Source: Nitrospinota bacterium (GTDB lineage: Bacteria > Nitrospinota_A > UBA7883). Taken from it: DNA of 64,000 bases. The position numbers and the translations under genes are program-made. The notes beneath the pieces were generated by a model. The model was given only the letters and a program-made list of their open reading frames with translations, searched no databases and had not been told where the DNA came from. The stretch lies in contig JAOUMU010000001.1 of assembly GCA_029881335.1 (NCBI GenBank), positions 35,172 through 99,171 of the forward strand. The letters are read 5' to 3'. Within the stretch, counting starts at the first letter, position 1; each line of letters starts with the position of its first letter. This document shows positions 26,646-35,566 of the stretch, piece by piece.

Positions 26646-29383
26646 ATTCCACAGAGAGAATACAAGCTGTCATCGGCTTTGGCCGGGTGGATAGGCCACC
26701 CGTGGCCCCGGAGCTTATCGCGGTCACGGCCACCATCTGTGGCGCGGCGGTGGGCGATTATGTCAAGGATGGCGCCGTTATCGCCCAATGCCAGATGGAA
26801 GCCGCACGCATAACCGGCTCTGATGCTTTATTCGCCGCCGCCGACCTGTGTGTGGAGGCGGAAGCCCTGGGATGCGAAGCCCATTTTCCCCGGAACAACT
26901 ACCCGCATATAAAAAGCCCTATCGTCCACTCCTATTCAGACCTGAAACAGCTTCGCCTTCCAGATCCCACCTCGGATGGAAGGATGCCCCAGATACTGAA
27001 AGCCGTGCGGCTTCTGGCTGACGATTCGGATGGCCGCCTGGTCCTCGGCAACGCCGTAGGACCCATCACCATGGCTTCCAGAATCATGGATATAGAGAAG
27101 ATGCTCTATATGATAGTGGATCAGCCAGATAAATTCAGGGAGATAATCGAGTTTTGCGAAGGTGTCGCCAGCCGGTTCGTCGACGCGATCCTGGAGGCCG
27201 GCGCCGACGGAATATTGATCTTTGATCCTTCAGCTTCCCCGGCGCTCCTGCCACCCAGGATTTTCCGCGAATTCGAGCTGGAGCCGATCCGCCGCATCCT
27301 GGCGGGGGCCAAGCAAAAAAATCCATCCGTAGTCACCTGGTACTCTGTAGCGGGCCCGGTCCAGACCAACACCGCCATCATCTCCGCAGTGGGGGCCGAT
27401 GTCACCACGGTGGATTACCCCGTACCGCTGCAAACCGCCATGGAATACTCCGGCCACACAGTGATAAACGGCAACATCAGGCCCGCCCTCTTTCTGGAAG
27501 GGACGCCCTCGCAGGTATATGACGAGGCGATGACACTTTTAGACCAAACTCGCCTGTCGGAGCGATTCATACTCGGAAGCGGCTGTGAAATCCCGATCAA
27601 CTCACCGGCAAGGAACATAATGGCCCTGCGACGCGCAGCCAATGATCACGCCTCCCAGATTACCCAGATCAACGAACCAGCGGCAGGGAAAGTCCGGGCG
27701 ACGTTTCACCCCCACAACCGCGCCATTTATGTGGAGACAGGCCAGACCATTCTGGAGGCGGCCGCCATGGGGGGCGCCCCCATCACCACATATTGCGACC
27801 TCACCGGTGTATGCGCCGAATGTGTGGTGACCGTGTGCAATGGGAAGGTCTCCGCGCTGGACATGATTGAAGAGGCCCAACTGGGAAGCCTGGGCGAAGG
27901 GGGAGGAAGGCTGGCCTGCCTCGCCAAAATCCAGGGAGACGTGGAGATCTACGTTCCCTTTTCCTCGCGCCGCATCCCGGACAAGGCTTGCGCCCCTGCC
28001 CAACTTTTCGACGAATCGACCTGTGCCGATTCCCACTCGTCGGATTTCGACCCCGTGTTCCCCCCCATGCGGGAGAAGGCCAGGATCTCCGCCGCCGATC
28101 ATGGCTCCAGGCTGCTTCATCAGGATAATTTGGGCGCAGGGGCACCTTGCGGGGGCAATTTGCCCTGTCATGGGGCGATGTCCCGCTCCTCGTTCGCCGT
28201 GGCGGTGGATATGTCTGGTGAAAACGCCGTGGCCTATGTCCACGACATTGGCAGCGCTGAATTCCGCCACGCAGGCTCCTTCCTGGGCCCGGTGGCCGCC
28301 GTGGGGCTCAATTCCGCTGAAATCGATACCAGAAGAGCCTTGGACCCTCCAATAAGCCGCAAACTGCGGGAAGAGTCCACCCGGCTTTTCAATTCCATAG
28401 TCAACTGGCTTTACGAAAGCCACTCTATAATGCCGGAGCGAGTACGGGGCCTTCTGGTCACCGGCTGCCCCATGGCCGACGATACCTTGCGGCCCCCCGG
28501 CGAGTCCCTGCCTGGAGAATGGGCGCAAATCACCTGCGGAGGGATCGCCGAAGCGCGGATGTCCGACTATCCCGGCCTGAAGGTGCTTATGTGGCCTAAA
28601 CCACCCCACCGATTCGGCGGCGCATCCAGAGATGCCGCATTCATCCTTGCCACCATGCCCTCCCCCGCTGCTGAACCTGCGCTGTTTATACACCTGGGTT
28701 CATCCGGTTCGATAACCGCCCACTACCAGGGGCGATATTACACCCATCGATTCCCCTTTGGTAATTTGCTGGAGCGCCCTATCCCCGGCGTATCCCGGGG
28801 ATTTTTCAACTTCCTGATTCATGAGGCGCAAGTCGATGGGCGGGGTGTAACCAGTTTCAAAACCTTCAACGGCTCGGCCCCCCTGGGATTGCTGGGTACG
28901 GCCATGGTGGGAGCGGCCGCCGGAATGAAACGCCACGGAATCATCGACGACAAGGGCTTTGTCCAGGGCAAGTGGGCCCCTGTGGTGGAAAACCGATTTG
29001 TGGTGGTTCCCAAGCAAAAGACCGCCGGATACAGCCCTATCACCATCGGCTGGGAAGATATCGACAAGCTGATGATAGGGACGGGAGCATGCTCTCGGGC
29101 CGTATCGGATGTCCTGGACGCTGTCCATCTTTCCCCGGAGCAGGTGGAACGGGTTTTCGTCTCCGGCCCGTTTGGCGTGGTGGCGGACCCGGCGGACCTG
29201 ATTGAACTCGGCTTTATCCCGGATTCGTGGAAGGGGAAAATACAGTTTGTTAAAAACGCCGCAGGGCTGGGTGCGCGGAAGGCGCTTTTCTCTTCCCGGG
29301 CCAGAAAAAGGGCGGTGGTCATAGCATCCTCCATGGCGCCCCTGTCCCAGGCCCCAGGCGCCAGATATGGAGAATCCAAATGA
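26642..29383 (+). CDS. three-domain fusion: MtaA/CmuA-family (URO-D fold) methyltransferase, plant-type [2Fe-2S] ferredoxin, and RACo-type ASKHA ATPase (DUF4445), i.e. a reductive activator of corrinoid proteins
   Basis: Residues 1-340 match the URO-D/MtaA pattern (PVQTNTAIISAVGADVTTVDY, ...GSGCEIP). Residues 350-440 contain C-x5-C-x2-C...C (YCDLTGVCAECVV...RLACLA). Residues 450-913 are Gly-rich ASKHA-like. Start and stop overlap the neighbouring genes by 4 nt (ATGA). Confidence 0.7.
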   Translation: MNSTERIQAVIGFGRVDRPPVAPELIAVTATICGAAVGDYVKDGAVIAQCQMEAARITGSDALFAAADLCVEAEALGCEAHFPRNNYPHIKSPIVHSYSDLKQLRLPDPTSDGRMPQILKAVRLLADDSDGRLVLGNAVGPITMASRIMDIEKMLYMIVDQPDKFREIIEFCEGVASRFVDAILEAGADGILIFDPSASPALLPPRIFREFELEPIRRILAGAKQKNPSVVTWYSVAGPVQTNTAIISAVGADVTTVDYPVPLQTAMEYSGHTVINGNIRPALFLEGTPSQVYDEAMTLLDQTRLSERFILGSGCEIPINSPARNIMALRRAANDHASQITQINEPAAGKVRATFHPHNRAIYVETGQTILEAAAMGGAPITTYCDLTGVCAECVVTVCNGKVSALDMIEEAQLGSLGEGGGRLACLAKIQGDVEIYVPFSSRRIPDKACAPAQLFDESTCADSHSSDFDPVFPPMREKARISAADHGSRLLHQDNLGAGAPCGGNLPCHGAMSRSSFAVAVDMSGENAVAYVHDIGSAEFRHAGSFLGPVAAVGLNSAEIDTRRALDPPISRKLREESTRLFNSIVNWLYESHSIMPERVRGLLVTGCPMADDTLRPPGESLPGEWAQITCGGIAEARMSDYPGLKVLMWPKPPHRFGGASRDAAFILATMPSPAAEPALFIHLGSSGSITAHYQGRYYTHRFPFGNLLERPIPGVSRGFFNFLIHEAQVDGRGVTSFKTFNGSAPLGLLGTAMVGAAAGMKRHGIIDDKGFVQGKWAPVVENRFVVVPKQKTAGYSPITIGWEDIDKLMIGTGACSRAVSDVLDAVHLSPEQVERVFVSGPFGVVADPADLIELGFIPDSWKGKIQFVKNAAGLGARKALFSSRARKRAVVIASSMAPLSQAPGARYGESK

Positions 29384-30417
29384 AAGAAGGTTTTTTCAAA
29401 AAGCTCCTGGACAACGCTTCCGACCTGATCTGGGCCGTGGACATGGAGGGGCGCTTCATATACATAAACGACAACATCAAGGAATGGGGCTACGACAAGG
29501 AGGAGTTGATCGGCCAGCCGCTGTTGAGCATTCTAAACGCCCAGCGGATAGGGAAACGGGAGACCCGCCGCTCCATAATGGGCATCCACCAGACTTACGA
29601 GATGGAGATCGTGGACAAGAAGGGAACCGCCCACAAAGTGGTGGTCAAATCCTCGCCGCTGGAGGAGGAGGGGACAATCGTGGGAGTCATGGGGATCATC
29701 CGCGACATCACGGAGCTGGAGCGACTGGAGAGAAAACTGAAGGATGAGGAACGGCTCGCCTCCCTGGGCCGACTGGCCACCGGCATCGCCCACGAAATCC
29801 GCAATCCCCTTTCATCTGTGAAGATGAACCTTTCGATCCTGAAAAAGCGACTCAGCCCCAAGGGAGTGGATGTGGAGCATTTCGAGATCGCCCAGGAGGA
29901 GGTATTCCACCTGGAGAAGATCGTCAGCGAGCTTCTCGATTACGCCAAGCCGATCACGCTGGATCTGAAGATATGCGACCTGACCCAGTTGATCGATGTC
30001 GCCATTGCCGCCGTGGCGGCCCCTTGCGCAGAAAAAGGTGTCACCATCAGGACGGAGTATGACGGCAGAGGGCACATGGCGCTGCTGGACAAGACCAAGA
30101 TCACCCAGGCGCTGATCAATATATTGCTCAACTCGGTGCAGGCCTCCCTGGAAAACTCGGAGATTTTCGTGGGCGCGGAGACTGTGAAGTTTCCCTCGTC
30201 CGACAGGGCCAGGGTGGTGATTCGCGATCAGGGGTATGGAATCCCGGAGGATAACCTGAAATATATATTCGATCCGTTCTTCACCACCAGAAAGGATGGC
30301 ACCGGCCTGGGACTCTCCATCGTCCGCAACATCGTGGACAACCACGAAGGCTCGATCACTATAGAAAGCGAACAGGGCAAAGGCGCCACCGTGTCCATAG
30401 AGCTTCCCGCGCCGTAG
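29380..30417 (+). CDS. cytoplasmic PAS-domain histidine kinase
   Basis: No TM helix. PAS domain (LLDNASDLIWAVDMEGRFIYIN), H-box (AHEIRNPLS), and N/G boxes (GTGLGLSIV). Confidence 0.8.
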   Translation: MKEGFFKKLLDNASDLIWAVDMEGRFIYINDNIKEWGYDKEELIGQPLLSILNAQRIGKRETRRSIMGIHQTYEMEIVDKKGTAHKVVVKSSPLEEEGTIVGVMGIIRDITELERLERKLKDEERLASLGRLATGIAHEIRNPLSSVKMNLSILKKRLSPKGVDVEHFEIAQEEVFHLEKIVSELLDYAKPITLDLKICDLTQLIDVAIAAVAAPCAEKGVTIRTEYDGRGHMALLDKTKITQALINILLNSVQASLENSEIFVGAETVKFPSSDRARVVIRDQGYGIPEDNLKYIFDPFFTTRKDGTGLGLSIVRNIVDNHEGSITIESEQGKGATVSIELPAP

Positions 30418-30441
30418 GGGGAATGCAACCACCTCGCTCGG

Positions 30442-30460
30442 CGGGGTGTTCTTCACCCCG
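30442..30460 (+). terminator. hairpin downstream of the kinase gene, possibly a terminator
   Basis: CGGGGTG-TTCTT-CACCCCG stem-loop. It is followed by an A-rich rather than a U-rich tract, so it is weak. Confidence 0.3.
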
Positions 30461-30622
30461 CCTTAAAAAAGATTTGATAGATTTTGTAAGGGCGATTCAT
30501 GAGTCACCCTTACCGGCGCCACCCCGGCATGAATAGATGCCGCCCCTCCTTGCAAATGAGGGGAGAGGAGCAGAGGCCCAGGCTCGGAGGCCGGCGTGAC
30601 AGCCAAAGAAGCTCTCGCACGT

Positions 30623-30730
30623 TGTCATTTCGAAGCGAAGCGAGAAATCTCATAAGGACGGCGGGCAATGGCAGCTGGACATAGCGGACAGGCGTTCATG
30701 CTGGTATATGAGCCCCGAATGTCATTTCGA
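30623..30730. repeat. pair of 11-nt direct repeats (TGTCATTTCGA) 97 nt apart in a 338-bp convergent intergenic region
   Basis: Exact copies at 30623-30633 and 30720-30730. Confidence 0.5.
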
Positions 30731-30755
30731 CTCCACCGCAGGCGGGGGAAAGCAC

Positions 30756-31250
30756 TCACTTGCCGGTGATATCCCCATACCCGGCGTAAAGGATCTCTTT
30801 TGTGATTCTGCCCATGTGCCGGTTCAGTATCACGCCGTTTTTATCTATGAAATAAGTGCATGGCAGGCCGAACACCTGGAACTCATCTGTGGCCTTGCCA
30901 TCCTCGTCCAGGGCCACCATGAAGGTGAAGTTGTTTTTTTTCACAAACTTTTCCACCAAAGCCTTCGACTCCTTGACGTTTATCATCAATAGCTCCAGCC
31001 CCTCGCCTTTTTTCAGATGATAAAACTTCTCCAGCTCCGGCATCTCCTCGATGCAGGGGACGCACCATGTGGCCCAAAAGTTGATTATCAGGGGCTTGCC
31101 CGCATAATCGCCCAGCTTGATCGGCTTGCCGTTCAATCCATCCAGCTCAAAAACGGGGGCTGGAGCGGGCTTCGGTTTTGGCGGAGCCTCCATGGGCGCT
31201 TCCGGCTGGCAGGCGGCCGTCGTCAGCGCCAGGAACAGCAGGGAGGCCAT
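30756..31250 (-). CDS. TlpA/ResA-like periplasmic thiol:disulfide oxidoreductase (lipoprotein)
   Basis: WATWCVPCIEEMPELE thioredoxin CxxC motif. The start is moved to MASLLFLALTTAAC, which has a signal peptide and lipobox; the track ORF begins upstream at 31370. Confidence 0.7.
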   Translation of the reverse strand: MASLLFLALTTAACQPEAPMEAPPKPKPAPAPVFELDGLNGKPIKLGDYAGKPLIINFWATWCVPCIEEMPELEKFYHLKKGEGLELLMINVKESKALVEKFVKKNNFTFMVALDEDGKATDEFQVFGLPCTYFIDKNGVILNRHMGRITKEILYAGYGDITGK

Positions 31251-31261
31251 TGATAATTTCC

Positions 31262-32128
31262 TCACTGTCCCACCCCCTCCTCGATCTCTTTGGGATATTG
31301 AATGGGCAGCTCCCAGCGGAACACCCTGGTCTCCGGCCCCCCCACGTTCTCTATGCCCAGTTCCACCCACTTTGGGGCGTGCTTCCCGCCGGTGACTTTC
31401 CTGAACCTAATGTCCGCTTCGTAGTGGTGTTTGTCGGCGGTCTGAAATCGCAGCCGCCATGGCGGTATGGTGGACGCCTTTCCATCGGGGGTACGTAGCC
31501 AGGCGATATTATCCAGCTCGGCCAAAGCTACTTCCCCCTCGTGAACGGTGAAGGCGACAATAAAGACATCGTAATCTTTCAGCTGATATTCGTCGATCAG
31601 GTGTTCGGCGCCGATACTTTTCAGGTATTGGGGCGTGGCGAGCACCACATCGCAATATATATCACCCTGCCCCATATCGTTGCGCCACACGGCGTGGTGG
31701 ATCGCCTTGCGCACTTCGTAGGAGTATCCGGACTTGGTGGTGGGATACTTTTCCTCCAGGTAGCGGATTATCACATCCGCCTCCCTCCCGGAGATTTCCA
31801 CCTTCTCCTTCATCCTCATCCGCTCCACCACCTGGATCCACCCGGAAGGGGAGAGAATGGCGGTTATCATGGCAGACTCGCCGTGGCATTGCCGATAGCA
31901 GCGTTTCTGGTACACATATCGCACATCGTCCGTTCCCAGCTCCCTGATGTATCCCAGGTTGAAAAGCTCCAGCCTGACCGCCCGCACATAGGTTCGAGCG
32001 TCCGAATCGAAATCCTCGCGGGAGTCGTAAAACGCAAGGTAGACCAGAGCCACCGCGGCGAAAGCCAACGCGACAACGGCCACTGTGGCTACGGCCATCC
32101 ATTTGACGAGTTTAATTATTATCCTCAT
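31262..32128 (-). CDS. membrane-anchored hypothetical protein with a CX3CH motif
   Basis: N-terminal TM helix. Motif QKRCYRQCHGES is C-x3-C-H, not canonical CxxCH. No other recognisable domain. Confidence 0.35.
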   Translation of the reverse strand: MRIIIKLVKWMAVATVAVVALAFAAVALVYLAFYDSREDFDSDARTYVRAVRLELFNLGYIRELGTDDVRYVYQKRCYRQCHGESAMITAILSPSGWIQVVERMRMKEKVEISGREADVIIRYLEEKYPTTKSGYSYEVRKAIHHAVWRNDMGQGDIYCDVVLATPQYLKSIGAEHLIDEYQLKDYDVFIVAFTVHEGEVALAELDNIAWLRTPDGKASTIPPWRLRFQTADKHHYEADIRFRKVTGGKHAPKWVELGIENVGGPETRVFRWELPIQYPKEIEEGVGQ

Positions 32129-32904
32129 TGACCGGAGGGATATACACAGCGAAATCCGTAATCGTTGAACAGCCTGGCGCCATCGTCGCCCAGCCTGGCG
32201 GCCGCCCGCAACGAGGTACGGGGAGTCAGCCAGGAACCGCCCTTCAAAAGCCGCAGCTTCTTATTCTCGTCATACCATCCATCCTGCCATTCCCACACGT
32301 TGCCTGCCATGTTCAGCGCGCCGAAAGGGCTGGCGCCCTGGGGCCGGGAATCCGCCGGGATCGTGCCGCCGGTCATATTCTCGCCACTCTGTTCCAGGGC
32401 AAAGGAGCCTACCTTCAGCCGGGAAACACCGGTGGACCCCATGAACATCGCCTTTTCAGGATCGAATTCGTTCCCCCAGGGGTACACCCGCCCGTCATCC
32501 CCCCTGGCCGCCCGCTCCCACTGTCGCTCGGTAGGGAGGACACCACCCGCCTTTTTGCAAAACTCGTCGGCTTTGGCCCATGTCACATTCACCACGGGAT
32601 GATCCACCAGGTTGGGAGGATACAGGTGGTCTGCGAATATGGATTTGAACCTCCGGTTTGTCACTTCAGTTTTGTCGACCAGGAATGCCGGGACGAACTC
32701 CTCTCGCTCCGGAGTCTCATCCTTGTACCAAGAAATCCTGGCGCCGGAGCCAGCCAGCAGCTCGGCAAGTTGAGCCTCGTCCGTGCCCAAGGTGGCCTGG
32801 CCGGCGGGAATAAGGATGCGGCCGGAATCGACTTCCTCTGCCCAGACATGGGGGATCACGGCGAAGGCAAGGGTAATTGTTATCAACGCAGGGGCGCCCC
32901 TCAT
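32125..32904 (-). CDS. secreted FGE-sulfatase (SUMF1-like) domain protein, paralogue 3
   Basis: VTNRRFKS, GGVLPTERQWERAARG, YPWGNEFD, GGSWLTP and GFRCVYP. The start is moved to MRGAPALITITLAFAV (signal peptide). That ATG overlaps the upstream stop as ATGA. Confidence 0.7.
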   Translation of the reverse strand: MRGAPALITITLAFAVIPHVWAEEVDSGRILIPAGQATLGTDEAQLAELLAGSGARISWYKDETPEREEFVPAFLVDKTEVTNRRFKSIFADHLYPPNLVDHPVVNVTWAKADEFCKKAGGVLPTERQWERAARGDDGRVYPWGNEFDPEKAMFMGSTGVSRLKVGSFALEQSGENMTGGTIPADSRPQGASPFGALNMAGNVWEWQDGWYDENKKLRLLKGGSWLTPRTSLRAAARLGDDGARLFNDYGFRCVYPSGQ

Positions 32905-33350
32905 TGCTCTGCTCCCTTTCTGCGCGCCTGGATCCAGTCCATTCCGGTCATGATGAATGTATAGACAAGCGCGGTCCATACCAGCGTCACCAGGGTGAAC
33001 AACACCATGTCCTTGACTGGGTAGCCGCCCCTGGAGACCTGATACCACTTTCCGGCCATTCGCTGGGCAGGGGTGAGCATTGCCTCTCCACCGTATCTCT
33101 TAAAGAAATAGGCCATGATTTCCTCTTTGGACATGCCAGCCATCAGTTTGTCGCCAATATTGTTCTTCCATTGCAGGCCGCAGCTCATATGGCAATCCTC
33201 CAGCACCATGGGACACTCGCAGGGGCAGGCAAGTGAATGGGAGACTCCCATGACGGAGTTGTCCGACGCGGAGACCAGAAAGATATATCTGGCGGCCAGG
33301 ATGGTGATTACAACACCCAAGGAGACAGCCCCGACTATGGCCCTGGTCAT
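32901..33350 (-). CDS. small membrane protein with a CPCEC (CxCxC) motif between an N-terminal signal/TM and a C-terminal TM; CcmH-like topology
   Basis: LACPCECPMVLEDC is periplasmic and lies between two hydrophobic segments. It resembles CcmH/PCYCGC-type metal or thiol-handling proteins. Assignment is tentative. Confidence 0.35.
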   Translation of the reverse strand: MTRAIVGAVSLGVVITILAARYIFLVSASDNSVMGVSHSLACPCECPMVLEDCHMSCGLQWKNNIGDKLMAGMSKEEIMAYFFKRYGGEAMLTPAQRMAGKWYQVSRGGYPVKDMVLFTLVTLVWTALVYTFIMTGMDWIQARRKGAEQ

Positions 33351-34111
33351 GACGAAGCCTTCTTCCCCCTATTGCGGCGAAACACCCACACGCCCAGGAA
33401 TCCCAAGGCGCCGATAGCCAGCAATATCTCCCCGGTATGTCCGGCAAACATCCCTGGTGTCGCCATGGCGCTAAACTGCTTTTCCACAGAAGGCATTATG
33501 TCCTCCTTGGAGTAGGAGACAGATATTTCCTTGCCCTGCCCGGCCTTCACCTCCTTGAACAGGTACTTGTAATATTCGAACCCCTCTTTTTCATATGTCC
33601 CGACCCAGCCGGGGCTAATTTCAAAACGCCCTGCCCTGGCGGGCTTTTGCACATGCACTTCCAGAGTGTTGATCGCGTACAGCGCCGGAACCTTGTGGAC
33701 GAATTTGCGGACTGCCCCGCGGATGGGGGAGAAGGGGGCGTATTGGTAGTCGATAAAGAAATCGGAATATGGCAGCTTCACGTCCACCATTTTTTCCGCG
33801 CCTTCGGTCTTTATGTCGAAAAGCTGACAGAAGTGATGCCCGCTCGGCGACAGGCTGCACACATCGGTGAGCTTCGTCACCTCCATCGGCAGACCGAAAC
33901 GCGCCTCGGCGGGGAACTTATTCTTGTCGGCGAACTTGCCCTCCATTATCACCAGCACCTGGCTGCTGTCATACTCCGGCATCAGGGTTACCTTCATGCG
34001 GCCCACCACCAGCCCCTTTTCATAGGCCGCTGCCGCAGGTGACACCACCAGCGCAAAAACCGGTCCCATCGAAACCAGCGCCAGGACCAACAATCTTTTT
34101 ATAGCGCTCAT
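33347..34111 (-). CDS. hypothetical periplasmic protein with a C-terminal TM anchor
   Basis: Signal peptide, CSLSPSGHHFC, and a C-terminal hydrophobic helix. No assignable domain. Confidence 0.35.
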   Translation of the reverse strand: MSAIKRLLVLALVSMGPVFALVVSPAAAAYEKGLVVGRMKVTLMPEYDSSQVLVIMEGKFADKNKFPAEARFGLPMEVTKLTDVCSLSPSGHHFCQLFDIKTEGAEKMVDVKLPYSDFFIDYQYAPFSPIRGAVRKFVHKVPALYAINTLEVHVQKPARAGRFEISPGWVGTYEKEGFEYYKYLFKEVKAGQGKEISVSYSKEDIMPSVEKQFSAMATPGMFAGHTGEILLAIGALGFLGVWVFRRNRGKKASS

Positions 34112-34112
34112 A

Positions 34113-34892
34113 CTATTTCTCCTTCCCCTGGGCGCCGTGGTCCATCTGGCCGTGGTCCATCTGGCCGTGGTCCATCTGGCCGTGATCGTGGCCCGGCTGA
34201 TTTACGAACCTGCCCACCAGGTAGCTTTTATATATTGTCATGTTGTCCGTCAGGATCATCACGCTGATAGCCATCATCACCGCGGCCGCCGCGATCCGGA
34301 CTCCTTTTCGCGCGCCGGATCTACCGGATTTCAGCGCAATCGCCATCAATCCCGCCGCCAGCGCCGAGATGGCCGTTAACTCCCCCACCGTATACATCAC
34401 CAGCAACAGCCCGCCGCGGACCACGGTCTGATCCGCCTGAGTGAGGCCGTATATATAAGTCAGCGTGGGGGTGACGCATGGCTTGTATGCCAAGGCCAGG
34501 GCCCCGCCGTAAATGAAACCCAACACCCTGCCGCCGATCTTGACCGCTGTGGAGGTTCTGTCCAGAGTCAGCGCACCGGCGATATATAGAGCCAGCAGGG
34601 CTATGATCACGCCACCGAACTGGTTTGCTATCGCCACATGCTCAAACACCGCCTTCGAAAACGCCGTGGCGCTCATCCCCATGGTGGTAAAAACCACTAT
34701 GAAACCCGCCGCCGCAAGGGCCAGATTCACGCAAAAGGCCCTCCATGGGCTGACCGATTTCTCCTGGCCACTTTCCAGCAGGGCCGAGCCCATGACATAG
34801 GCCACAAAGAATGGGATCACCTGCATGAGGCAGAAGACCCACACGGAAAAAAAGGCATGTACGCCACCGGCGTACGCTTCGATCAGGGACAT
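34113..34892 (-). CDS. CcdA/DsbD-like transmembrane thiol-disulfide transporter with a C-terminal His-rich (DHGQM)x3 tail
   Basis: Six TM helices. It has the conserved TM1 Cys (FFSVWVFCLMQVIPFF) and TM4 Cys (AYKPCVTPTL) characteristic of CcdA. C-terminus is GHDHGQMDHGQMDHGQMDHGAQGKEK. Confidence 0.65.
   Translation of the reverse strand: MSLIEAYAGGVHAFFSVWVFCLMQVIPFFVAYVMGSALLESGQEKSVSPWRAFCVNLALAAAGFIVVFTTMGMSATAFSKAVFEHVAIANQFGGVIIALLALYIAGALTLDRTSTAVKIGGRVLGFIYGGALALAYKPCVTPTLTYIYGLTQADQTVVRGGLLLVMYTVGELTAISALAAGLMAIALKSGRSGARKGVRIAAAAVMMAISVMILTDNMTIYKSYLVGRFVNQPGHDHGQMDHGQMDHGQMDHGAQGKEK
34137..34190. repeat. 3.6 copies of a 15-bp in-frame tandem repeat encoding the His-rich tail
   Basis: GTGGTCCATCTGGCC repeated exactly at 34137, 34152 and 34167, then a degenerate fourth unit. 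Confidence 0.9.
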
Positions 34893-34912
34893 AGGTAAAT
34901 ACTACTCCGTCT

Positions 34913-35566
34913 TTACGCTGATGGCGGCGATGCGCCGGGTTGGCCTTGCGGCATTATGCTTTTCAGGCCATCCTCCAGCTGGCCGAGCCGTTCCACCTTC
35001 CCCACGAAGAACGATTGGATCACTCCATCCCCGTCCACGAAGACCGTGGTGGGCGTGATACTGACCCCCACCCGGTCGGCGAACATCTGGCCCCCTTCCA
35101 CAGCCACGGGGAATTCTAGCCTGTGGGTTCTGGCGAACTTTTCCAGGTTCTCCTGGGAGTCCTGGATTCCCACGAACATGACGTTTAGCCCGGAGGCTTT
35201 TCCCTCCTCCACGGCCTTTCGAATATTCGCCACCGACTCGTGGGAGCATGGGCACCAGTTGGCGTAGAAGTAATAGAGCATCGGCTTGCCCATAAATCCC
35301 TGGCGCGACGCCTGGCCGCCACCCAGCAAGCTCAGGTTGAACTCAGGAAGGGCGTCCCCATGGTCCAGCAGCCTGGCTTCCACGGGGCGTGCGGAATAGT
35401 CATATACAGCGTTTAATAGCACAGCCGCGGCGGCCAGCAGGATCAGCCTGTTCACCTTCCGCGAAAAGTCAACCGTCGCCGCTGTCCCGGCGGGGGTGTC
35501 CAGCTCCCCCACGCCCTCAATGCTTGTGGTTCGGGTCGTCATGATTATGTTGATTCGCTCCGCCAT
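34913..35566 (-). CDS. thioredoxin-fold (TlpA-like) periplasmic protein with an atypical WCPC motif
   Basis: Its length, the anchor, and ANWCPCSHESV where a TlpA CxxC would sit. The track ORF overlaps the upstream gene by 50 nt, so the start is uncertain. Confidence 0.5.
   Translation of the reverse strand: MAERINIIMTTRTTSIEGVGELDTPAGTAATVDFSRKVNRLILLAAAAVLLNAVYDYSARPVEARLLDHGDALPEFNLSLLGGGQASRQGFMGKPMLYYFYANWCPCSHESVANIRKAVEEGKASGLNVMFVGIQDSQENLEKFARTHRLEFPVAVEGGQMFADRVGVSITPTTVFVDGDGVIQSFFVGKVERLGQLEDGLKSIMPQGQPGASPPSA

Noticed and set aside
31262-31370. 109-nt overlap between the TlpA ORF and the CX3CH protein ORF as given in the track
   Set aside because: The TlpA N-terminal 40 codons (Gly/Arg-rich) are probably untranslated. 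The start at MASLLFLALTTAAC (31250) gives a proper lipoprotein signal and removes the overlap.
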